Assembly (NCBI GenBank): GCA_035711465.1
Contig: DASTCC010000256.1
Coordinates: 1 to 55,401, forward strand
Direction: 5' to 3'
Length of the DNA stretch: 55,401 nt
From: Vicinamibacterales bacterium
GTDB taxonomy: Bacteria; Acidobacteriota; Vicinamibacteria; Vicinamibacterales; SCN-69-37
The notes beneath the pieces are model-generated. The model was given only the letters and a program-made list of their open reading frames with translations, did no database searches and was not told the origin of the DNA. Below are positions 34,457-44,361 of the stretch, one piece after another; position 1 is the first letter of the stretch; every line of letters starts with the position of its first letter. Both the position numbers and the translations under genes were made by a program.

Positions 34457-37417
34457 ATGAAACGCCTGCGATGGTCCGCAGCGCTGGTTGTCGTCACAGC
34501 GATGGTGGCCTTCGCGCCCCTCGGCGCGCAGAACACGGCCAAACGCGCGATGGGTCTCGAAGACATCCTCTCCTTCCGCGCCATGGGCCTGACGAGCCTG
34601 TCGCCGAACGGGCAGTGGATCGCGTACCGGCTGTCGCCGCTCGAGGGCGACAGCGAGGTCGTGGTTCGCGCCACCAGCGGCGACAAGGAGATGAAGTTCC
34701 CGGTCGGCCAGAACGGCGGCGCGGTGAGCTTCTCGAGCGACTCGGCGTGGGCCACGGTCACCGTCGCGCCGACGCGCAAGGACGCGCAGGCGAACACCCG
34801 CGCGCGCCGGCCGAACCAGAACAGCATCGTGCTCGTGAATCTGGCGTCGGGCGAGCAGACGACGTTCGCGAAGACGCAGCGCGCCGTGTTCAACGGCGAG
34901 CTGGGCGGATGGATCGCGCTCGATCGCTATCCGCCCGAGCCGGCCGGTGGCGGCGGCGCGGCTGGCGCGGGCGGACGCGGCGGTCGCGGCGGCGGTCGGG
35001 GCGGTGACACCCCTGGCGGCGACGCGCCGCGCGACACGCGGCCGCGCGGCAAGGATCTGATCCTGCGCGAGCTCGCCACCGGCAAAGAGCTGAACATCGG
35101 CAACGTCTCGGAGTTCGCGTTCAACAAGAGCGGCAAGCAGCTCGCGCTCGTGATCGACGCCGCCGAGCAGGCCGGCAACGGCGTGCAGATTCGCGACATG
35201 CAGACCGGCGCGATCTCGTCGCTCGAGACCGACAAGGCCTTCTTCGAGCGTCTCGCCTGGACGCGCGAAGGTGACGCGCTGTCGTTCCTGAAGGGCAAGG
35301 ACGATCGCCAGTACCGCGAACGGCTTTACTCGGTTGTCGGCTATTCCGACGTCGCCACGGCGTCGCCGAAGCGCATCACCTACGATCCGGCCGCGGACAA
35401 GACGTTCCCCGCCAACATGTCGGTCAGCGGCAACCGCACGCCGCAGTGGACCGACGCGCGCGATGCGATCATCTTCGGCATCTCGCCGCTCACGAAGGCG
35501 CCGCCGCGCGCCCCGGGCGCCCGCGGCGCCGCCGCCGCGGCGGCCGACGACGCGCCCGAAGGCGGACGCGGCAACGCCTCGGGCGACGACGACAGCAACA
35601 ACGAGCGTCCGAATCTCGTGATCTGGCACTACAAGGATCCGCGGCTCCAGTCGCAGCAGCAGGTGCAGGAGAATCGCGATCGCGCGTTCAACTACGTCAC
35701 CATCTTCCGGCCCGGCGAGAACAAGATGATCCGCCTCGCCGACGAGGAAGTGACCGACATCTCGATCGCCGGCACCGGCCGCTGGGCCGTCGGCATGAGC
35801 GACGACGCCTACGAGCTGCAGGGCAACCTGGACGGCCAGCGCTACCAGGACATCTATTCAGTCGACACCCACACCGGCTTGCGCAGGGTGATCAAGAAGC
35901 GGCTGCGCTGGGGCAATGCGGCGTCGCCGGACTCGACGAAGTACCTCTTCTACGAGAACCGCCACTTCTGGGTGCACGACATGGCGTCCGGCGAGACGCG
36001 CAGCGTCACGCAGGGCGTGCCGGCGACGTTCGTCAACACCGAAGACGATCACAACATCGTCGATCCGCCGACGCAGGTCGTCGGCTGGACCTCGGACAGC
36101 AAGTACGTGCTGATCTCGGATCGCTTCGACGTCTGGAAGATTCCGGCGGCGGCAGGCGAGCCGGCGGTGAATCTGACGGTCAACGGCAGCAAGGATCAGA
36201 TTCGTTATCAGCGCACGCGGACCGATCCGGACGAGCGCGGCATCGATCTCACCAAGCCGCAGTACTTCGCCGCGGTGGCCGAGTGGACCAAGCGCGACGG
36301 TTACGGCGTGCTGCAGCCGGGCACGACCGGACTCAAGATGCTGCTGTGGGAAGACGCGTCGATTGGCGGTCTGACCAAGGCGGAGAAGGCCGATGTCTGG
36401 GTCTACACGCGTGAGACGCCGACCGAGGCGACCGGCGTCTACGTGACCGACGCGACGCTGCTCAACGGCCGCAAGATCTTCGACACCTCGGCGGAGGCGG
36501 CGCCGTACCTGTGGACGTCGGGCGCGAGGCTGATCGAATACAAGAACGCGAAGGGCGCGCGGCTGCTGGGCTCGCTCTACCTGCCGGCGAACTACGAGCC
36601 CGGCAAGCAGTACCCGTTGATTGTCTACATCTACGAGCGATTGACGCAGAGCCACTACACCTACGGCCGGCCGACGGCGAACGGCTTCAGCCGCCAGGCC
36701 TATACGAGCAACGGCTACGCGGTGCTGATGCCGGACATCACCTACTACGTGAACGATCCGGGCATGTCCGCGGCGTGGGCGCTGGTGCCGGCGGTGCAGG
36801 CGGCGATCAAGACGGGCGTCGTCGATCCGAAGCGCGTCGGCCTGCACGGCCATTCGTGGGGCGGCTATCAGACCGCGTTCACGATCACGCAGACCGACCT
36901 GTTCGCCGCGGCGGTCGCGGGGGCGCCGCTGACGAACATGATCAGCATGTATTCGATCATCTACAAGAACACCGGCGGCACCAACGGCGCGATCTTCGAG
37001 AGCAGCCAGGGCCGGTTCACCGGCGGGCCGTGGGAGCAGTGGGAGGCGTACACACGCAACTCACCGGTCGCGCACGCGGCGAACGTCAAGACGCCGCTGA
37101 TCATCCTGCACAACGATCAGGACGGCGCCGTCGACTTCACCCAGGGCATCGAGTACTTCAACACGCTGCGGCGCCTGCACAAGCCGGTGATCCTGCTCGA
37201 GTACCCGGGCGAGAATCACGGCCTGGCGCGGCCGGCCAATCAGCAGGACTACACCGAGCGCATGAAGGAGTTCTTCGATCACTACCTGAAGGGCGCCGAG
37301 GCGCCGGACTGGCTCGAGTACGGCATCCCGCGCCTGAAGATGCAGGAGCACATCGACCAGCGCCTGAAAGCGCGCGACAAGGACAAGGCGCCGGCGGCGG
37401 GCAGCGGCGGACGGTGA
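34457..37417 (+). CDS. S9-family serine peptidase (prolyl oligopeptidase/DPP-like) with N-terminal beta-propeller and two low-complexity inserts
   Basis: 986 aa. Signal peptide. Catalytic GLHGHSWGGYQT (GxSxGG), HNDQDGAVDF (Asp), YPGENHGL (His). Inserts GGGGAAGAGGRGGRGGGRGGDTPGGD and PGARGAAAAAADDAPEGGRGNASGDDDSNN. Confidence 0.9.
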   Translation: MKRLRWSAALVVVTAMVAFAPLGAQNTAKRAMGLEDILSFRAMGLTSLSPNGQWIAYRLSPLEGDSEVVVRATSGDKEMKFPVGQNGGAVSFSSDSAWATVTVAPTRKDAQANTRARRPNQNSIVLVNLASGEQTTFAKTQRAVFNGELGGWIALDRYPPEPAGGGGAAGAGGRGGRGGGRGGDTPGGDAPRDTRPRGKDLILRELATGKELNIGNVSEFAFNKSGKQLALVIDAAEQAGNGVQIRDMQTGAISSLETDKAFFERLAWTREGDALSFLKGKDDRQYRERLYSVVGYSDVATASPKRITYDPAADKTFPANMSVSGNRTPQWTDARDAIIFGISPLTKAPPRAPGARGAAAAAADDAPEGGRGNASGDDDSNNERPNLVIWHYKDPRLQSQQQVQENRDRAFNYVTIFRPGENKMIRLADEEVTDISIAGTGRWAVGMSDDAYELQGNLDGQRYQDIYSVDTHTGLRRVIKKRLRWGNAASPDSTKYLFYENRHFWVHDMASGETRSVTQGVPATFVNTEDDHNIVDPPTQVVGWTSDSKYVLISDRFDVWKIPAAAGEPAVNLTVNGSKDQIRYQRTRTDPDERGIDLTKPQYFAAVAEWTKRDGYGVLQPGTTGLKMLLWEDASIGGLTKAEKADVWVYTRETPTEATGVYVTDATLLNGRKIFDTSAEAAPYLWTSGARLIEYKNAKGARLLGSLYLPANYEPGKQYPLIVYIYERLTQSHYTYGRPTANGFSRQAYTSNGYAVLMPDITYYVNDPGMSAAWALVPAVQAAIKTGVVDPKRVGLHGHSWGGYQTAFTITQTDLFAAAVAGAPLTNMISMYSIIYKNTGGTNGAIFESSQGRFTGGPWEQWEAYTRNSPVAHAANVKTPLIILHNDQDGAVDFTQGIEYFNTLRRLHKPVILLEYPGENHGLARPANQQDYTERMKEFFDHYLKGAEAPDWLEYGIPRLKMQEHIDQRLKARDKDKAPAAGSGGR

Positions 37418-37472
37418 TGGGAAGGCTTCATCCTCGAACTCAGGATCTGGACGCAGTGAGGAGGCGCTTTCC

Positions 37473-37901
37473 GTGAGCCGCATCAACACAGGTCGACTGA
37501 TCCTCGGCGCGCTGGTGGCCGGCGTCGTTTTGAATGCGGCCGACGTGCTGATTCAAGTCGTGCTGATGGCGGAGGAGTCGCAGGTGATGCGCCAGCGGCT
37601 CAATCTCAATCCCGAGGCGGTGGAGGGCACCAGCACGATGGTGTCCTTCATCGTCGCCAACTTCATCATGGGATTCGTCGTCCTGCTCACCTACGTGGGT
37701 TTCCGCCCGAGGTTCGGCCCCGGCCCGATGACCGCCACGCTGGCGGCGCTGGTGCTGTTCTTTTCGATAGCGCCGGTGCTGTTCGGCTTCATGATGATGG
37801 GCATCTTCGCGCCCAATGCCTACGTGAAGAGCACGCTGCTCTATTTCGTCACCTTCATCGCCGCGGCGTTTGCCGGGGCTTCCGTGTACAAGGAGGAATG
37901 A
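37473..37901 (+). CDS. Small polytopic membrane protein, unknown function
   Basis: 142 aa, GTG start with GAGGAGG SD. Four hydrophobic segments. No known motif recognised. Confidence 0.5.
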   Translation: MSRINTGRLILGALVAGVVLNAADVLIQVVLMAEESQVMRQRLNLNPEAVEGTSTMVSFIVANFIMGFVVLLTYVGFRPRFGPGPMTATLAALVLFFSIAPVLFGFMMMGIFAPNAYVKSTLLYFVTFIAAAFAGASVYKEE

Positions 37902-38001
37902 GGGGGATCACTTCGGCGTTTCGTCGACGAGACCGACGCCATCGTCCGCTTTTGACAGTGTGCTCTGGACCCGCGATTGCCAGCGCGAACTGGAGTCGTC
38001 A

Positions 38002-38619
38002 ATGCCGCTCGGCGCTCTTCTCGTCATCACCGCATCACTCGTCGGTTCGACCTCCGCTTCGCCTTCCGCGCTGCCGCCACCCGGGGTGCCGGGCGTGCGC
38101 GGCGCCAGGCTCGCGGCGCCACAACAGACGTCGTCCTCAGCGCCCAGCCGGCGCCAGCGCGAGCAGCGTTTCGGCATCGGCGCCAATATCGGCGCGACGC
38201 AGAACGGCATCGGCGGGACGCTGCGCTACTGGTTCACGGATCGGCTGGGCTTCGACCTCAGCGCGTCGTGGAACAACGGCCGCGACGCTGAGACCGACTC
38301 GTACATCATCGCGCCGTCGGTCATCTACATGCTGACCGACTGGGACGACACGCAGGAATTCCAGATCCGCCCCTACATCGGCGGCGGCGTCAACTTCGCC
38401 CAGGCCCACGAGGGCAACGTGCCCAGGGCGGTGCCGGAGCCACAGGAGGGCACGGCGGTCGGCGCACAGATCTTCGGCGGCGTCGAGATGACGATGCCGG
38501 ACGCGAAGAACGTGACGATCAGCGCCGCGATCGCCTATTACCACCTGCCTGACAAGTTCAGAGCGACCGACGCGATCGGCGGTGTCAACGTGCTCGTCGC
38601 CTTGCACGTGTATTTCTAG
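38002..38619 (+). CDS. Outer-membrane beta-barrel protein (OmpW/porin-like small barrel)
   Basis: Start ATG 38002 (GGAG 8 nt upstream), because the track start 37870 overlaps the previous gene. Signal peptide, alternating beta-strand pattern, aromatic C-terminus ...VLVALHVYF. Confidence 0.55.
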   Translation: MPLGALLVITASLVGSTSASPSALPPPGVPGVRGARLAAPQQTSSSAPSRRQREQRFGIGANIGATQNGIGGTLRYWFTDRLGFDLSASWNNGRDAETDSYIIAPSVIYMLTDWDDTQEFQIRPYIGGGVNFAQAHEGNVPRAVPEPQEGTAVGAQIFGGVEMTMPDAKNVTISAAIAYYHLPDKFRATDAIGGVNVLVALHVYF

Positions 38620-38744
38620 TTAGCTTTCGAGCGCATTTCAAGAATTCCTGAGGGCACCGTAAAGGCCGTGAAGCGCGTGAAGACGGGCGCTTGCTTCGCG
38701 GCAGTCTATATTGAGATCGGCGCCCTAACCAGCAGGAGTCCACA

Positions 38745-38933
38745 GTGAACGACAAAGTCACCGAAGCGATTGAAACGCTGCGTGTCGAGTGCGGCTTCGC
38801 CCGGGTGAGCGTCTGGGCGCCCGGCGACGAGGAAAAGGACCGCGAACTGCTCGCGCTCTTCTTCGCGAAGGACGACGACTCGATGACGGCGGCCGCCATC
38901 GATCTGGTCACGGGAAGTAAACGGGCGTCTTGA
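38745..38933 (+). CDS. Small hypothetical protein (62 aa)
   Basis: GTG start with AGGAG 6 nt upstream. Acidic, no motif. Coding status uncertain. Confidence 0.3.
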   Translation: MNDKVTEAIETLRVECGFARVSVWAPGDEEKDRELLALFFAKDDDSMTAAAIDLVTGSKRAS

Positions 38934-38945
38934 GGCGCTGAATCG

Positions 38946-39515
38946 TCAGGAAGCGCCGGCGGTCAACGCCGCGCGGGCCTGCTCGGCCTGCCACAGGTGA
39001 CGGCGCTCGTGAGCAGCGATGATGAGCATTCCGACACCCAGGCTATGGCTGAAGCGAGGATTGAACAGGTCCGGGAACCGGATCGTGTTCACCTCTGCCG
39101 AACTGAGACTGCGCATCAGCTGGGTGACCTGACGATGCGTGGCCTCGAGATCGGCCAGCACCTGCCGCGCGTCCGGAACGTATTCGGGAACGACGGCCGG
39201 CAGCGACTTCACCCGAAGCCAGCGGACGGGCGGTTCCAGAACCCAAAGGAAGAACCGCGCGACGCCATTCTGCGCGACATGAGTGTCGAGTTCGCCGGCC
39301 GCGTTACGAGGCGGCGCAGTCGCAACCATCGCCGTCAGAATGGCCTGATAGGTCAGGACGATATGCTGAAGACACTGGAGCATGCTCCAGCCGCCCCGGG
39401 GCGGTTGACGGTGCAGCAGCTGGTCGTCGACCGACGACACCAGCGCCTGCGCCCTGGCGAGCTGGCGGTCCAGGTCCTCGATCACCTGACTGACAGAAAC
39501 GTGTCGGCGCGACAT
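38946..39515 (-). CDS. DinB-family (DinB_2) protein
   Basis: 189 aa. WSMLQCLQHIVL ... LIIAAHERRHLWQAEQ = His triad pattern of the DinB fold. Confidence 0.75.
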   Translation of the reverse strand: MSRRHVSVSQVIEDLDRQLARAQALVSSVDDQLLHRQPPRGGWSMLQCLQHIVLTYQAILTAMVATAPPRNAAGELDTHVAQNGVARFFLWVLEPPVRWLRVKSLPAVVPEYVPDARQVLADLEATHRQVTQLMRSLSSAEVNTIRFPDLFNPRFSHSLGVGMLIIAAHERRHLWQAEQARAALTAGAS

Positions 39516-39644
39516 GCGAATGCCGTCGCCGCCGAAGAATCGCGGCGGTGGTTGATACGGATCGCACGGCCAGCACGAGATTGCTAACAGATTCTTGCTT
39601 GCCTGGACCCGCCCCGTCGTTGCATGTCCTGGCCAGGGTGAACG

Positions 39645-42074
39645 CTATTCGCTCCGCAGTGCGATGACCGGATCGACGCGAGACGCACGCCGCGCCGGCA
39701 GATAGCTGGCGAGGAGTGCAACCGTCAGCATCACCGCAGACATGCCCGCGAATGCTGTCATGTCGAGTCGTTCGACGCCGAACAGCAGCGTCTGCAGGTA
39801 CGTCGTCAGGCCGATCGCGGCGATCGCGCCGACGACCACGCCAACGAGCGCGACTCTGCCGCCCTGCCACACGAACATCCAGCGGACGCGGCGGGCTTGG
39901 GCGCCGAGTGCCATGCGCACGCCGATCTCCTGCGCACGCTGCGTCACCTTGTACGAGAGCACGCCGTACAACCCCACCGCGCCGAGCACCAGCGCGAGCG
40001 CAGCGGCGACGCTGACCAACAGCATCGTGAACGACAGGCTGGCCGTCGCCTTCGCCGCCAGACCTTCCATCGTGAAGACGCGATACATCGGCGATGCCGG
40101 CATGAGCTCGCGGATGACCGCGCGAACTTCGGGCGCGAGCTGATCGGCACGCGCCGAACGGATGACGTACGCCGGCGACGTCGCCGCGCCCGGCAGGTAC
40201 AGCATCGGCTCCGGAGTGGTGCGGCGCAGGTCGTCGATCTTGACGTCCTCGACGACGCCGATCACGGTCAGCCACGTATTGCTCGTGCTGGTCGCGGGCT
40301 TGAGCTGCTGGCCGATCGGATCCTCGCCCGGGAACAGGACCGCCGCCGCCGACTGGCTGATGATGACGTTGGGAATGCCCTGCTCCTCTTCGACGCGATC
40401 GAAGAAGCGGCCGCGCCTCAGCTCGATGCCCATCGTCTGGAAGTAGGCGCCGCCGGCGGAGGCCCCGCGCAGGAGAGGCGCTTCGGCCCCGCTTGCCGTG
40501 ATTCGCGGCGTCGTGATGTTCTGACGGCCCGCGCCCTCGTCGAGCGGAAGCGTGCTGATGAATCCCACGGACTCGACGCCGGGCAGCGCCGCCAGCCGCT
40601 CCATGAACACGTACTGAAACCGCGAGACGGACGGTCGGTCGGTCAGATCCGGCCTTCCGGGCGCGACCTGAAACGTGAAGATCCCTTTCGTGTCGTAGCC
40701 CGCGTCGACGCGGCTGAGCTGCCAGAAGCTGCGGGCGAGCAGCGCCGATCCGACGAGCAGCACGAGCGCGGCGGCGGTCTGCGCCATCACCAGTCCGTCG
40801 CGCGTGAGGCTGCCGCGCCCGACGACGCCTCGGCCCTGCTTGAGGCTGCCCGCATCCGCACCCGAGAGGCGAAGCGCGGGCAGCAGCCCGAACAGGCACG
40901 CGGCGACGACCGAGATGGCCGCCGTGAAGGCGAGCGCGGTGAGGTCGAGGCCTGCGCTTGCGAGGCCGGGAATGGGTGCGCCGCCGAAGCCGCCCGACAC
41001 CGCTTCCGGCGCCGCGCGCACCAGCAGCGGGACGCCAGCCCACGCGATGACGCCGCCGATCGCGCCCGCGACCGCGGCGAGGAGCAGCGCTTCGCTCAAC
41101 TGCGACCGCACCAGGTCGCCTCGTCCCGCGCCAAGCGCGCGGCGGACTGCGAGCTCGGGGCGCCGATTCTCTGACCGCACGGTGAACAGATTGGCGACGT
41201 TGGCGCAGGCGACGAGGAAGACGATGCCGACCGTGCCGAGCACGATCCAGAGCGGCGTCAGGACGTTGCCCACCAGCTGCTCGCGAAGCGGCTTCACCAC
41301 CGGACGGTGACGCTCCATGATGCGCACGTACGGCGCCGGACCGCCGAGACGCTGCTGCACGCGGCGGGCGAGCGGCTCGAGTTGCGCCACCAGTGCCGCG
41401 CGATCCGTCCCCGGCGCCATCCGGGCAACCATCTCCGGACCGAAGCCGCCTGGCGTGACCTGCGCGGCGCGAATCTGAAACGGCACCCAGAAGGCGACGC
41501 GCTCATCAGGAAACCGGAACTCCGGCTTCATGATCCCGATGACCGTGCGAGTCTGATTGGCGAAGCTGTAGCTCTTACCGATGACCGCCGGGTCCGATCC
41601 AAACCAGCTCTGCCACAGCCAGTAGCTCAGCACCACCACGCGGCCATCGTCGTTGTCGTTCGGCAGGCGTCCGTGCAGAGGCTCGGCGCCGAGCGTCGTG
41701 AACAGCGACGGCGTCGCCTGCGAGAGGAAGAGCTGATCCACCTGCCCTTCGGCGCGTGTCGTCGACGACCCCGTGCCGTAGAGCGCGAGATCCTCGAGCG
41801 CGGGGACGCTGTCCTTGTATTCGAAGAAGAGCTCGTCGGGGACGCCGAACTCCGCCGGTTGATCCGTGCCCGGCGCCGTACCGCCGATGTGAACGAGCCT
41901 GTCGGCGTTCGGATAAGGCAGCGGCCTGAGGAGCACGACGTTGACGACGCTGAAGATCGCGGCGTTGACGCCGATCGCGAGCGCGAGCGTGGCGACGACG
42001 ACGAAGGTGAAGCCGGGCGTGCGCGCCAGGCTGCGCGCCGCGTGCCTGAAGTCTCTAAGCCAGGATTCGAACAT
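39645..42074 (-). CDS. ADOP-family duplicated FtsX/MacB-type permease (no PadR partner)
   Basis: Start ATG 42074: MFESWLRDFRHAARSLARTPGFTFVVVATLALAIGVNAAIFSVVN (canonical ADOP N-terminus). C-terminus ARRASRVDPVIALRSE. The track start 42110 adds 12 atypical residues. Confidence 0.9.
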   Translation of the reverse strand: MFESWLRDFRHAARSLARTPGFTFVVVATLALAIGVNAAIFSVVNVVLLRPLPYPNADRLVHIGGTAPGTDQPAEFGVPDELFFEYKDSVPALEDLALYGTGSSTTRAEGQVDQLFLSQATPSLFTTLGAEPLHGRLPNDNDDGRVVVLSYWLWQSWFGSDPAVIGKSYSFANQTRTVIGIMKPEFRFPDERVAFWVPFQIRAAQVTPGGFGPEMVARMAPGTDRAALVAQLEPLARRVQQRLGGPAPYVRIMERHRPVVKPLREQLVGNVLTPLWIVLGTVGIVFLVACANVANLFTVRSENRRPELAVRRALGAGRGDLVRSQLSEALLLAAVAGAIGGVIAWAGVPLLVRAAPEAVSGGFGGAPIPGLASAGLDLTALAFTAAISVVAACLFGLLPALRLSGADAGSLKQGRGVVGRGSLTRDGLVMAQTAAALVLLVGSALLARSFWQLSRVDAGYDTKGIFTFQVAPGRPDLTDRPSVSRFQYVFMERLAALPGVESVGFISTLPLDEGAGRQNITTPRITASGAEAPLLRGASAGGAYFQTMGIELRRGRFFDRVEEEQGIPNVIISQSAAAVLFPGEDPIGQQLKPATSTSNTWLTVIGVVEDVKIDDLRRTTPEPMLYLPGAATSPAYVIRSARADQLAPEVRAVIRELMPASPMYRVFTMEGLAAKATASLSFTMLLVSVAAALALVLGAVGLYGVLSYKVTQRAQEIGVRMALGAQARRVRWMFVWQGGRVALVGVVVGAIAAIGLTTYLQTLLFGVERLDMTAFAGMSAVMLTVALLASYLPARRASRVDPVIALRSE

Positions 42075-42131
42075 CGGAATGACCCATGGGACCGGATGCC
42101 GCTGTCGCATCCAGTTACGTTCCGGCGATAA

Positions 42132-42146
42132 CTTTGTTCCACAAAG
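42132..42146. promoter_or_regulatory. AT-rich inverted repeat upstream of ADOP 39645..42074
   Basis: CTTTGT-TCC-ACAAAG, 58 nt upstream of the ATG, in the 105-nt gap after the cysteine-synthase-like gene. Confidence 0.2.
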
Positions 42147-42179
42147 GTTAGGGCGTACGCGACCGGACCGGCGGGAGCG

Positions 42180-43091
42180 CTAGTCGGCCCTGCTGAGATA
42201 CTTCATCCCGGTATCGCACATCACCGTGACGACGGTGCCCTGAGGGCCGAGCGCGGCCGCAACCTGCAACGCCGCGACGAGGTTCGCTCCTGTCGAGGTG
42301 CCCGCGAACAGCCCCTCTTCACGGGCCAGCCTCACGGCCATCGACCGTGCCTCCTCGGTGGACACGCGGGCGATGTCGTCTGCAACCCCGTTCCGCCACA
42401 GCGGGACCACGAAACCGGCGCCGATGCCGTCGATCCTGTGCGCACCGGACGGTCCGCCCGAGAGGACGGCCGACTCTGCCGGCTCGACGGCGGTGATCCG
42501 GATGGTGGCGTTGCGATGCCTGAGCGCCTCCGCCGTGCCACGCAGCGACGCGGCGCTGCCGACGGCCTGAACGTACGCATCGACGATGCCATCGGTCTGC
42601 GTCCAGATCTCGTCGGCCATGCGGTGATACGCCGCCAGCTGATCCGGGTTGTTGAGCTGGTTCGTCCAGAAGCTGCCCGGCCGCTCGGCGATCACGCCGG
42701 CGGCGTCGATCATGTCGCGCGTCAGCCTGGCGGTCATCCGGCCGCCTTCACTGGCGATCACCTGAAGCTCGGCACCAAGCGCGCGCATGTGCGCGAGCTT
42801 CTCGGCGCTGAAGGCGTCCGACGTCACGATCGTCAGCGGGTACCGCTTGACGGCGCAGACGAGTGCGAGGGACACGCCGGTACTGCCGCCCGTGTACTCG
42901 ACGACGAAACCGCCGCGCTGGAGGCGACCGTCCCGCTCGGCGGCCTCGATCATCGCCATCGCCATCCGGTCCTTCATGCTTCCAGTCGGATTTTCGCTTT
43001 CGATTTTGAGCAGAATCCGCGCCGAGCCGGCGGGCGGGAGATGGCGCAGGGGAAGCAGCCGCGTGTTGCCGATGCAGTCGAGAATCGTCAT
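42180..43091 (-). CDS. Cysteine synthase / PLP-dependent beta-replacement enzyme (CysK/CysM family)
   Basis: Start ATG 43091: MTILDCIGNTRLLPL..., ESENPTGSMKDRMA (PLP Lys), TGGSTG, GIGAGFVP-like GIGAGFVV. The rest of track ORF 42180..43985 overlaps the GlxA gene. Confidence 0.8.
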   Translation of the reverse strand: MTILDCIGNTRLLPLRHLPPAGSARILLKIESENPTGSMKDRMAMAMIEAAERDGRLQRGGFVVEYTGGSTGVSLALVCAVKRYPLTIVTSDAFSAEKLAHMRALGAELQVIASEGGRMTARLTRDMIDAAGVIAERPGSFWTNQLNNPDQLAAYHRMADEIWTQTDGIVDAYVQAVGSAASLRGTAEALRHRNATIRITAVEPAESAVLSGGPSGAHRIDGIGAGFVVPLWRNGVADDIARVSTEEARSMAVRLAREEGLFAGTSTGANLVAALQVAAALGPQGTVVTVMCDTGMKYLSRAD

Positions 43092-43174
43092 GCGCCCGTT
43101 ATGACGCGAAAGCAGCGCCGGGCACAGAGGCCGAAGCGCCAGACCTCGTGCCGATCTCGCCAGCGACGGGCCGT

Positions 43175-44194
43175 TCAGTCTTCTGGCCGTCGAATGCGCC
43201 GGCGCGACTGCGCCACATCCACGCGTCTCCGCGATCGCAGCGGCGGTCGGATGTCTTTGGGTCTCAGATTGAGCGAGCGGCGCAGGAGCGCCCGGAGCGC
43301 CCCGGGTTCGGCATAGCCCACCTCCGTTGCGATGCGATCGAGGCTCGCATCCGTCGTCCGCAGCAGATGCACGGCCCGCTCGACGCGAAGGTTGTGAAAG
43401 AACGTCAGCGGCGAGATGCCCATGGCGGCGTCGATGCGGCGGGCCAGGGTGCGTTTGCTGGTGCCGGTGGCCCGTGAGGCTTCGTCGAGCGAGAAGGGTC
43501 TGGACAGCCTGGCGCGGGCCCAGGCTTCGAAGCGTTGAACGACCGGATCGAGGTGATCGAGATGGTCGGTCAGCGCGTAGGCCGACTGCGACGGCCGCGA
43601 GTCGACGATCAGGTAGCTGGCCGTCAGCGACGCCAGCTGCGGGCTGACCGTCCTGATGATGTGCAGCGCCAGATCCATGTGGCTCAAGGCGGCGCCGGCC
43701 GTGACCACTCGACCCGATCTGACGATCATCTGAGACTCGTCGAGCCGGACGCGCGGGTACCGATCGCGAAAGAGCCTGGCCAGCCACCAGGTGGTCGTGG
43801 CCTCGCGTCCATCGAGCACCCCGGACTCGGCGGTCACGAAAGTGCCGATGCAGGCGGCGGCCAGAAGGCAGCCGCGATCGGCGATGGCGCCGATCGCTGC
43901 GGCCGCCTCGCGGACGTCGGAGCGGCGGAGCGCCTGCTCGAGCGGTCGCGGCATCTTGAAGCCGATGGCCGGAACGACGAAGCAATCGGGCACGTCGTCC
44001 CGGATGCGGGAGGCCGGCACGGCGAAGCCTTGTGCCGTCCGCACGCGCGATCTGACGCCGACGATCTGCAGCTCGAAGCGCGGATGCTCGAGCCCGTTCG
44101 CCTCCGCCAGCTCGTTGGCGGTCTGGAAGGCATCGAGGACCGCCGACAGGCCGAGGTCGAACACGTCATCCAGCGCGAGTACCTGGATCCTCAT
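43175..44194 (-). CDS. GlxA-family regulator (DJ-1/PfpI-like domain + AraC-type HTH)
   Basis: 339 aa. N-terminal class-I amidotransferase-like fold (LLAAACIGTFVTAESGVLDG). C-terminal AraC HTH (SLDEASRATGTSKRTLARR ... SLDRIATEVGYAEPGALRALLRR). Confidence 0.85.
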   Translation of the reverse strand: MRIQVLALDDVFDLGLSAVLDAFQTANELAEANGLEHPRFELQIVGVRSRVRTAQGFAVPASRIRDDVPDCFVVPAIGFKMPRPLEQALRRSDVREAAAAIGAIADRGCLLAAACIGTFVTAESGVLDGREATTTWWLARLFRDRYPRVRLDESQMIVRSGRVVTAGAALSHMDLALHIIRTVSPQLASLTASYLIVDSRPSQSAYALTDHLDHLDPVVQRFEAWARARLSRPFSLDEASRATGTSKRTLARRIDAAMGISPLTFFHNLRVERAVHLLRTTDASLDRIATEVGYAEPGALRALLRRSLNLRPKDIRPPLRSRRRVDVAQSRRRIRRPED

Positions 44195-44361
44195 CAGCGT
44201 GATGCTAGCGCGTCCGCCTCGGCGAGTCTGCCGGTGGCCGAATCGGCGCGAGATTTGGCAATCGCGGCACTTCTGCGCCGGGTGGCAAGCCGCGCACGTT
44301 CATTGGCGGACTGGCGACTCCACCCGAACGAACCCGTCCGATACCGTGTTGGCGAGGTCCC

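Noticed and set aside
42180-43985. 601-aa version of the cysteine-synthase-like ORF
   Set aside because: The N-terminal 298 codons overlap the GlxA regulator gene in another frame and are Arg/Pro-rich. Family similarity begins at MTILDCIGNTRL (ATG 43091).
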